Part shown: one piece after another, positions 8,917 to 15,876 of the stretch
Layout of the letters: each line of letters opens with the position of its first letter
Position numbering within the stretch: the stretch's first letter is position 1
NCBI GenBank assembly: GCA_002400495.2
Contig: NVQL02000063.1
Location: forward strand, 1 to 24,000
From: Alphaproteobacteria bacterium
GTDB taxonomy: Bacteria; Pseudomonadota; Alphaproteobacteria; Rhizobiales; OSC116
Direction: 5' to 3'
DNA: 24,000 bases
Position numbers and translations under genes: made by a program
The notes under the pieces: generated by a model
What the model was told of the DNA's origin: nothing
The model's database searches: none
The model's input: only the letters and a program-made list of their open reading frames with translations

Positions 8917-9873
8917 ATGCAATTAACGGTAAGTTCGCAGAAAAAAATATTCATTGCATTTTTTATTCTCCTATTCACCCAATTCACCGTGATAGCGCCT
9001 GCACTGGCTGCAGATGGCGATATCTTGGCCACCGTTGGCAAGGTCAATATCACCGAAGGTGACGTGAAAGTGAGATCTAACTTTTTACTCATCGTTAAAA
9101 ACCAGCAAGCCTCGGCTAGCAACCGCGCTGACATTAGAAATGCAACCATTAAGGAATTGGTAAACCAGCAAGTCCAATTGCAAGCCGCAACCCGCAATGG
9201 CATCACGGCTGGCGAAGCAGAAGTGAATAAACGCATCGAAACCATCGCCCAAGGCGCCAAGATGACAGTCACCCAGCTAACCAGTTTTCTAAAATCTAAA
9301 GGCAGCCACATCGACTCGATGAGAGATTTACAAAAATCGGGCATTGCATGGCGCAGTTTAATTCGCTCTAAATTCGGCTCAACCGCCCAAATTAGTGAAA
9401 AATTGATTGATGAAGAAGCCGCAAAATTAGGCAAAAAATTTGGCGGCGAACAAACCGTTTATGACCTACGACACATTGTGCTGCAAATGCCGTCTAATGC
9501 CAATAAAACCAAACGCAATCAACGCTTGGCCGACGCCAGAACTGTGCGGGCGAATTTTAGCAAATGCAGCCGCATCCGCACTCTAACCTCTGGTTTGGGG
9601 CGGGTGAAAGTGTCAACCATGCGCAATGTCAGCCTCAGCAATTTAAGCGAGGGGCAACGTAAATTGGTCATCAACACCAGAGTGGGCAGCGTGTCAGGCG
9701 CACGCACCATTAAAGGCGGTGTTGAAATGTATGCAGTGTGTAAAAAAACCACTGCCCGCAATGATAAAGCGCGTCAATTTGCCCAAAGCCAATTGGTGCA
9801 AAAAAAGTTTGAAAAATTTGCCGCGGATTATTTGATACAATTAACTGCAGAGGCAAATGTGCAATATAAATAG
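8917..9873 (+). CDS. surA: periplasmic SurA-like chaperone / parvulin-like protein
   Basis: The start is taken at ATG 8917, which has a GAGG Shine-Dalgarno 8 nt upstream. The signal peptide ends APALA|AD. The call rests mainly on the conserved position upstream of pdxA-rsmA and a SurA-N-like region. The PPIase-like part looks degenerate. Confidence 0.6.
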   Translation: MQLTVSSQKKIFIAFFILLFTQFTVIAPALAADGDILATVGKVNITEGDVKVRSNFLLIVKNQQASASNRADIRNATIKELVNQQVQLQAATRNGITAGEAEVNKRIETIAQGAKMTVTQLTSFLKSKGSHIDSMRDLQKSGIAWRSLIRSKFGSTAQISEKLIDEEAAKLGKKFGGEQTVYDLRHIVLQMPSNANKTKRNQRLADARTVRANFSKCSRIRTLTSGLGRVKVSTMRNVSLSNLSEGQRKLVINTRVGSVSGARTIKGGVEMYAVCKKTTARNDKARQFAQSQLVQKKFEKFAADYLIQLTAEANVQYK

Positions 9874-9893
9874 TCACATAAGGTTTTGAAATT

Positions 9894-10916
9894 ATGGTTG
9901 CTCCTTTGGCATTAACTTGCGGTGATCCAGCGTCTATAGCAGGCGAGCTAACGCTCAAAGCTTGGCAAGACAAAGCCCTTAAAGGCGTTGCTCCCTTTGT
10001 CTATATTGGTGATGCTGATCACTTGCAAAAAACCGCCGAAAAACTACAATTTAACATTCCGATTCAAAAAATTAGTGAACCAGCAAAAGCTGTTGATATA
10101 TTTAATGAATGTCTTCCAGTATTGCATCAAGAACTGCCTCAAACCAGTATATTAGGAAACCCCAATTCTGCCAATGCGGAGTGTGTAATAAGCTCGATTG
10201 AAACGGCCGTGAAACTGGTGCAAAATGTTGAATGCCGCGCCGTGGTGACCAACGCCATTGCCAAAAGCGTGCTTTATGATGCAGGGTTTAGCCACCCCGG
10301 CCATACTGAGTTTTTAGCCCATTTGGCCAACCAAGCCGAACCCAAAAAAAACTACAAATCTGTGATGATGTTGGCCTGTAGCCAGTTGCGTGTGGTGCCG
10401 ATTACCATTCACATCCCCCTTATGGATGTCGCCGATCAATTAGATGGCGATTTGATTTATGACACCGCCAAAATTGTCGCGCAGGATTTGAAAAAATATT
10501 TCAACATCGATAACGCAAAAATGACATTCTGTGGCCTTAACCCGCATGCGGGCGAAGCGAGGGCGATGGGCGATGAAGATGCCGATATAATCTTGCCAGC
10601 CGTGCAGCGCTTGCAAGCTGATGGCTTTAACGCCATAGGGCCATTGCCAGCTGACACCATGTTTCATGCCGCCGCACGAGCGCAATATGATGTGGCTTTG
10701 GGCATGTATCATGATCAAGTATTGATACCGATTAAAACTTTGGATTTTGACAAAGGAGTGAATATTACTCTTGGCTTGCCTTTCATCCGCACTTCGCCAG
10801 ATCACGGCACGGCGTTTAACATTGCGGGCAAGGGTGTTGCCAACCCCAACAGCCTGATTGCGGCGCTGAAAATGGCGCATAAAATGGCCAATAATTATAT
10901 GCTGAACGAGGCTTGA
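9894..10916 (+). CDS. pdxA: 4-hydroxythreonine-4-phosphate dehydrogenase
   Basis: 340 aa with GDPASI, HPGHTEFLA, GLNPHAGE and RTSPDHGTAF motifs. Confidence 0.92.
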   Translation: MVAPLALTCGDPASIAGELTLKAWQDKALKGVAPFVYIGDADHLQKTAEKLQFNIPIQKISEPAKAVDIFNECLPVLHQELPQTSILGNPNSANAECVISSIETAVKLVQNVECRAVVTNAIAKSVLYDAGFSHPGHTEFLAHLANQAEPKKNYKSVMMLACSQLRVVPITIHIPLMDVADQLDGDLIYDTAKIVAQDLKKYFNIDNAKMTFCGLNPHAGEARAMGDEDADIILPAVQRLQADGFNAIGPLPADTMFHAAARAQYDVALGMYHDQVLIPIKTLDFDKGVNITLGLPFIRTSPDHGTAFNIAGKGVANPNSLIAALKMAHKMANNYMLNEA

Positions 10917-10917
10917 T

Positions 10918-11769
10918 ATGAGCGATAAATTAGCCATGGATGGCCTGCCGCCATTACGTGAAGTGATTGCGAAACATGAATTGGCCGCCAAAAAATCCTT
11001 GGGGCAAAATTTTCTGTGTGATTTAAACCTGACCTCACGCATCGCACGTGTTGCGGGTAGCTTAGATGGCGTAACCGTAGTCGAAATTGGCCCTGGCCCA
11101 GGTGGCCTAACGCGAGCATTGTTATTCGAAGGCGCCAAACGTGTTTTGGCAATCGAGATGGACGAACGCGCCATACCCGCATTGGCCGAAGTCTCCGAGC
11201 ATCATAATGGCAAGTTAGAGGTGATATTGGGTGATGCGCTTAAAACCGACATTCAAAATCAAGTCTCAGGCCGCGTTAAAATCATCGCCAATTTGCCTTA
11301 TAACGTCGCGACCATGTTGCTACTCAACTGGCTCGAGAACGACCCATGGCCAACTTGGTTTGAAAGCCTAACGCTGATGTTTCAAAAAGAAGTGGCCGAG
11401 CGCATTGTCGCCAAGCCCAGCACAAAGGCTTATGGGCGGCTAAGCGTCATCAGCCAATGGCGTTGCGATTGCCAAATTGCGTTTAGCGTTGACCGCGCCA
11501 ATTTTATGCCGCCGCCTAAAGTGACCAGCGCAATCATTCACATGGTGCCAAAAGCTTTGGCGGTTGATGCGCCGTCGCTCAAGACTTTGTCGAGCATCAC
11601 CATGGCGGCATTTAACCAGAGGCGCAAAATGTTGCGCGCCAGCCTAAAAGGCACATTGCCCAATGCGATAGAATTTTTGACAGATTTAGACATCGACCCG
11701 ACCTTGCGTGCCGATGCTTTATGCGTTGAAGATTACCTTAAAATCGCCACCAAATTTGAAAAAATTTAA
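10918..11769 (+). CDS. rsmA: 16S rRNA (adenine1518/1519-N6)-dimethyltransferase
   Basis: Has SLGQNFL, the SAM-binding VVEIGPGPGGLT, and NLPYN. The ATG is 1 nt after the pdxA stop. Confidence 0.93.
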   Translation: MSDKLAMDGLPPLREVIAKHELAAKKSLGQNFLCDLNLTSRIARVAGSLDGVTVVEIGPGPGGLTRALLFEGAKRVLAIEMDERAIPALAEVSEHHNGKLEVILGDALKTDIQNQVSGRVKIIANLPYNVATMLLLNWLENDPWPTWFESLTLMFQKEVAERIVAKPSTKAYGRLSVISQWRCDCQIAFSVDRANFMPPPKVTSAIIHMVPKALAVDAPSLKTLSSITMAAFNQRRKMLRASLKGTLPNAIEFLTDLDIDPTLRADALCVEDYLKIATKFEKI

Positions 11770-13682
11770 TCAGCATTCTCGGCCAAAAAGGTTTGCGCCT
11801 TTTCGTGTTCATCTAAGAATTTGAGCCACTTGGCTTCCCACTCACTTAGCAAAACTTTAGTTTCGCCATGCATACGGCTGATTTGCGCCGCCTTGGCAGG
11901 TGGAAAATCGCTGAATAATTTTGGGTCAGCCAACGCTTTGGTGATTTTTTTAAGTTTGCGCTCTAGTTTGGCGACATTGGCTTCACTGGTGGCGATGTTC
12001 TGCTTTAACGGTGCGAGTTTCGCCCGCGCCTGTGCCAGTTTTTTGCGCTTTTCTTTGAGTGTAGAGGTTTTGTCTTCGACTTTGATTTTTATCTTTTTAG
12101 CCGATTTTTCGGTTTTACGGCTAGCCAATAATAAATCGCGATAATCATTCATATCGCCATCATAAACTTCGACAGTGCCATTGTTGACCAACCACAGAAT
12201 GTCCGCACTGGCTTCGACCAAATGCCTGTCATGGCTAATCAATATCACCGCGCCTTCATAATCATTAAGCGCCATAATAAGCGCTTGGCGACTGTCGACG
12301 TCTAAATGGTTTGTGGGTTCGTCTAAGATAAGCAGGTTGGGTTTATGGAAAGTCGCCAACGCGAACAACATGCGAGCTTTTTCGCCCCCCGATAAGTTAT
12401 CGCACTTGGTATTGGCGCGGTCTAAATCAAAGCCAATTTGTGCCACACGCGCCCGCACTTGCGCTTCAGTTGCGCCAACCATCAGGCCTTTAATCACTTG
12501 ATAAGGCGTTTCATTGCCATCTAGCTCATCCATCTGATGCTGGGCAAAATAACCAATGACAATTTTTTTATGATGGTAAAATTCGCCATCCATTTTCTCG
12601 AGCTTATGAGCGAGCAATTTAGCAAAGGTCGATTTACCATTGCCGTTAGCGCCCAATAAAGCAATCCTGTCATCAGGGTCCATACGCAGATTAATGTTTT
12701 TGAGGATCGGTAAATCATTGCCATAACCCACAGCAGTATTTTCGAACCGCATCATCGGCGGGTTAAACGTCCGTTCAGGAGAAGGAAAATTAAATGGCGC
12801 GACGTCATTTTCAGACATAGCGGCAATTGGTTTTAACTTCTCGATCATTTTCATGCGGCTTTGAGCTTGCTTGGCTTTACTGGCCTTGGCTTTAAAGCGA
12901 TCGACAAACGCTTGCATATGCTTGCGTTGCTCGTCTTGTTTTTTCTTGGCCGATTGCTGCTGCTCTATATGCTGGCGGCGGCGTTTTTCAAACTCGTCAT
13001 AACCACCACGGTAAAGTTGCAAGCGTTTATTTTCTAAATTCAGAATATGAGTGACTGATTTGTTCAATAAATCTCTGTCATGGCTTACAATCAGCACAGT
13101 ATAGGGATAAGTTTTTAAATATGCCTCAAGCCACATTGTGCCTTCAAGGTCAAGATAGTTGGTCGGCTCGTCGAGCATTAGAATATCTGGTTCTAGGAAT
13201 AGGATAGCTCCCAACGACAAACGCATCCGCCAACCGCCTGAAAAATCAGCACAGGGGCGTTGTTGGGCATCATGGTCAAAACCAAGGCCGGACAAAATAG
13301 TCCCAGCGCGGGATTTGGCGCTATGGGCGTCAATATCCACCAAGCGTAACTGAATGTCAGAAATACGCTCAGGGTCGGTGCAAGTTTCGGCTTCGGCGAA
13401 TAAATCATTCATTTCAGTATGTTGAGCAAGCACCCATTCGATCAGGCTTTCGGGCCCGCCGGGTGCTTCTTGGCTCACCATGCCGATTTTAGCGCCGCGC
13501 GATGTGGTGATGTGACCACCTTCGGCATGCAGCTCTTTATTTAATATTTTTAGCAAGGTGGTTTTACCCACGCCATTACGCCCCACAAGGCCAACTTTGT
13601 GGCCAGAGGGTATATTTGCGGTCGCACCATCAAACAGAATGCGGCCTTCGATGCGGTAAGTCAGATCAAGAATATTTAACAT
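11766..13682 (-). CDS. ABC-F family ATPase (Uup/YheS-like, soluble)
   Basis: 638 aa with two ABC cassettes. Walker A motifs are GRNGVGKTT and GANGNGKST, and the signatures are LSGGWRMR and LSGGEKAR. There are no TM segments, and there is a Lys/Glu-rich coiled-coil C-terminal domain. Confidence 0.9.
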   Translation of the reverse strand: MLNILDLTYRIEGRILFDGATANIPSGHKVGLVGRNGVGKTTLLKILNKELHAEGGHITTSRGAKIGMVSQEAPGGPESLIEWVLAQHTEMNDLFAEAETCTDPERISDIQLRLVDIDAHSAKSRAGTILSGLGFDHDAQQRPCADFSGGWRMRLSLGAILFLEPDILMLDEPTNYLDLEGTMWLEAYLKTYPYTVLIVSHDRDLLNKSVTHILNLENKRLQLYRGGYDEFEKRRRQHIEQQQSAKKKQDEQRKHMQAFVDRFKAKASKAKQAQSRMKMIEKLKPIAAMSENDVAPFNFPSPERTFNPPMMRFENTAVGYGNDLPILKNINLRMDPDDRIALLGANGNGKSTFAKLLAHKLEKMDGEFYHHKKIVIGYFAQHQMDELDGNETPYQVIKGLMVGATEAQVRARVAQIGFDLDRANTKCDNLSGGEKARMLFALATFHKPNLLILDEPTNHLDVDSRQALIMALNDYEGAVILISHDRHLVEASADILWLVNNGTVEVYDGDMNDYRDLLLASRKTEKSAKKIKIKVEDKTSTLKEKRKKLAQARAKLAPLKQNIATSEANVAKLERKLKKITKALADPKLFSDFPPAKAAQISRMHGETKVLLSEWEAKWLKFLDEHEKAQTFLAENAD

Positions 13683-13754
13683 GGGGCTTATTTAACCGAT
13701 TACGCTTTAAAACGCCACCTGTAACTTATATTATAAATAAATAATAGAGTTAAG

Positions 13755-14357
13755 ATGATTCGGACACAATATATGGCGCAAGAACCCAAAAAATATAAAG
13801 GCAATTACGCTCGCCCTTTTCGCAAAGGCGAGAAAAAGCAAAAAATGACATCCAACCAACGCGCTGGCATGACAATATTCCTCGTCGTCGGCGGCCTAAT
13901 CGGCTATTCAGCCAACCGATTGGTCGAAACCACTTTCGGCAAAACCACTCGTGATATTAACGAGTTGGCATTACAGGCCCACGAAGTCTACGGCAGCCAA
14001 GAATTTCACGCCATCGAGCTAGAAGCAATCGACCAACCCGCCATTGAAAATTGGTTCAACAACAGCATTAAAACCAATTTCAAAGTCCCGAACCTCCAAG
14101 CTTTCGATTTCGAATTCAAAGGCGCTCGCCTCACCGCAGCCGAAGGCAAGCCCGCAGCCTATCTACTATATATAAATGACGACGACCAACAAATCGCATA
14201 CTATATGGCACGCTCAAAATCAACCACCGAAGGCGCCACCCAAACCCCAAAATGGAACCTCAACACATGGCATCAAGGCAATTACGGCTATGTCCTAATC
14301 GGCAAAATCCCCCCAACCAAACTAAACCAAATCTCAACCTCCCTCCAAAATAACTAA
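13755..14357 (+). CDS. membrane protein resembling the periplasmic domain of transmembrane anti-sigma factors
   Basis: A basic N-terminus and one TM helix (GMTIFLVVGGLIGYSA) are followed by AHEVYGSQEFHAIELEA...IENWF...KVPNL..FDFEFKGARL....GKPAAYLLY. This follows the pattern I associate with the extracytoplasmic part of RskA/COG5662-type anti-sigma factors. No zf-HC2 anti-sigma domain is present. The start is ambiguous (13755, 13773 or 13845). Confidence 0.45.
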   Translation: MIRTQYMAQEPKKYKGNYARPFRKGEKKQKMTSNQRAGMTIFLVVGGLIGYSANRLVETTFGKTTRDINELALQAHEVYGSQEFHAIELEAIDQPAIENWFNNSIKTNFKVPNLQAFDFEFKGARLTAAEGKPAAYLLYINDDDQQIAYYMARSKSTTEGATQTPKWNLNTWHQGNYGYVLIGKIPPTKLNQISTSLQNN

Positions 14358-14560
14358 CTCTGAATTTCCATCTACCCCTCGTATCCAAATAACGTGCCAT
14401 ACAGTGAGCGCGAGTGCGGCCATTCGAAGCCGCTGCCGACGAACGCGCGGCCAGCTAGTAAGCCCAACTTGTTTGGGATTACGCACGCAAGTGCTAACAG
14501 TGAGCCTTAAGGCGAACGTATAAATGCAGACTTCCAGAGCTTAGGCAAGAGACCGCCCAG
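14355..14560 (+). repeat. structured intergenic repeat, left-type arm, copy 1
   Basis: Aligns by hand to 19019-19208. The stretch 14364-14450 versus 19028-19114 shows 10 mismatches in 87 gap-free positions. It shares the CGTATAAATGCAGACTTCCAGAGC block and starts at the TAA stop of the upstream gene. Confidence 0.85.
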
Positions 14561-14637
14561 TGAAAGCTGAAAAGTTGTGGCTTTGAAATTTTGTGCAGAA
14601 GTTTCAGCGTATGAACCAGCGTTTACCGTTGTAAAGA

Positions 14638-14888
14638 CATAAGAAAGTTAGCAGTCCTGCCTATACTCGGGTACTTCATTTATACGCACGCCTTTCGGCA
14701 TGCTGTTGACACTTGCACCCCAAGGGCACTTTGTCGCTTCGCTCGGGCGCGCTCGTTCGCTTCGCTCTCTTGCCGACCGCGCGTTGGTCGGCAGCAGCTG
14801 CGAATGGCCGAACACGCACTCACTGAAATGTATGGAAGTTGTGGAAACAAGGGGTAGATAGAAATTCTGAGTGTGTTGTGTGGCTGAT
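14638..14888 (-). repeat. structured intergenic repeat, right-type arm, copy 1 (inverted relative to 14355-14560)
   Basis: Its reverse complement carries the same ordered blocks: ATCTACCCCT, CAGTGAGTGCG, GCCATTCGCAGC, AACGCGCGG, GCAAGTGTCAACAG, CGTATAAATG and ATAGGCAGGACTGCTAA. It shares a right-type inner end (GAAGTACCCGAGTAT...AACTTTCTTAT) with the 19761 copy. Confidence 0.85.
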
Positions 14889-15067
14889 TCGGAAAACTGA
14901 ACATTTGGCGTTATGGTTAATGAAATATTAGTTTATAAATCATACAAATAGTAAAAATCATGTGGTTACAATTGAGTAAAGATTGCAATCCTTCTAAACT
15001 AAGTCTAAAAATAAATGACTGCATATGGGCGTATGCATTACTAAAATTCTAAAAGGACAAAGCTCCT

Positions 15068-15475
15068 ATGGCATCTAAAAAAACAGAACGGCCTCTCTCC
15101 CCACATTTATTCATTTATAAGCCTATGTTATCCATGACCTTATCGGTTATTCATCGGGCAACGGGCATGGCTATGTATTTCGGCACATTGGTGGTGGCAT
15201 GGTGGTTTATGTCAATGGCGATGGGGGCTGAAGCTTATGAGTTTTTCGCATGGGTTATGGGCAGCTGGGTTGGCATGATTGTGTTGGTTGGTTTTACTTG
15301 GGTGTTATTTCATCACATGTTTGGCGGCATTAAACATTTTTTCTGGGATTTTGGCAAAGGCTTTGAGCTTGAAACGGTTGAGCATGTGGCAAAACTCGCT
15401 GTGGTTGTGCCCGTGTGTGCCACCATTATCGTTTGGGCATTTGGATTGATGCTAACCTCAGGAGGTGCATTATGA
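15068..15475 (+). CDS. sdhC: succinate dehydrogenase cytochrome b556 subunit
   Basis: 135 aa. RPLSPHLFIYKP is the typical SdhC N-terminus. It has three TM helices and a heme-ligand His region (HHMFGGIKHF), and it is the first gene of sdhCDAB. Confidence 0.9.
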   Translation: MASKKTERPLSPHLFIYKPMLSMTLSVIHRATGMAMYFGTLVVAWWFMSMAMGAEAYEFFAWVMGSWVGMIVLVGFTWVLFHHMFGGIKHFFWDFGKGFELETVEHVAKLAVVVPVCATIIVWAFGLMLTSGGAL

Positions 15476-15870
15476 GCGGCTCTGACAAAACAGATATGCG
15501 CACCCCGCTTAGTAAAGTGCGTGGCCATGGCAGTGCCAAAGAAGGCACGAGCCATTTTTGGGAACAACGTTTAACGGCGTTTGCTAACATTCCTTTGTCA
15601 TTGTTTTTTATGTATGCGGTTTTCGCGATGGCGGGTAAATCTTACAATGAAGCCATGGCATTTATTGCTCACCCGTTTGTGGCGGTGATGTTGCTGTTAT
15701 TTGTGGTTTCAAGCACTTATCATATGAAATTAGGTATGCAAATGGTGATTGAAGATTATGTATCAGGTGAGAAGAAAAAAATCCTAATGCTTATGCTAAA
15801 TATATTTTTCTCGGCAGCAGTGGCCTTGGCTTGTATCTTTTCAATTTTAAAAATCAGTTTTGGAGGATAA
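15472..15870 (+). CDS. sdhD: succinate dehydrogenase hydrophobic membrane anchor subunit
   Basis: The start is moved to ATG 15472 (an ATGA overlap with the sdhC stop, GGAGG Shine-Dalgarno upstream). The product begins MSGSDKTDMRTPLSKVRGHGSAKEGTSHFW, the typical alphaproteobacterial SdhD N-terminus. It has three TM helices. Confidence 0.88.
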   Translation: MSGSDKTDMRTPLSKVRGHGSAKEGTSHFWEQRLTAFANIPLSLFFMYAVFAMAGKSYNEAMAFIAHPFVAVMLLLFVVSSTYHMKLGMQMVIEDYVSGEKKKILMLMLNIFFSAAVALACIFSILKISFGG

Positions 15871-15876
15871 TCATCA

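Noticed and set aside
8731-8922. A 64-codon N-terminal extension of the pepA ORF (MHCLPQTYVTHICRLL...), and the 29-codon extension of fabD from GTG 342.
   Set aside because: The extensions have no similarity to the respective families, lack ribosome-binding sites and would overlap divergent promoter regions. Internal starts with Shine-Dalgarno sequences give canonical N-termini.
14628-14683. Micro-ORF beginning at the ATG of the conserved CGTATAAATG block. The right-type arms would encode MKYPSIGRTANFLMSLQR (locus A) and MKYPSINSTANFLIS (19757-19804). The left-type arms would encode MQTSRA.
   Set aside because: There is no Shine-Dalgarno, and the ATG overlaps the TATAAA box. Stop positions differ, and left and right arms encode unrelated peptides. 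Only 3 of 8 nucleotide differences between the two right-type versions are synonymous, which is not convincing with two sequences.
14705-14740. A perfect TTGACA hexamer on the plus strand inside the right-type arm (also at 19826-19831), considered as a -35 box driving sdhC.
   Set aside because: The sequence 17 nt downstream is CTTTGT at locus A and GCGCTT at locus B, neither a credible -10 box. The hexamer is simply the complement of the conserved GTGTCAACAG block.
14680-14904. 74-aa ORF on the minus strand. Its partial look-alike is the 74-aa ORF at 18939..19163 on the plus strand, sharing CRPTRGRQESEANERA versus CRLTRGRQESVANARK.
   Set aside because: The similarity is only the translation of the nucleotide repeat. 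The ORFs have different lengths of unrelated sequence at both ends and no Shine-Dalgarno. One starts inside the GNAT gene. The repeats show hairpin-type conservation rather than codon-type conservation.
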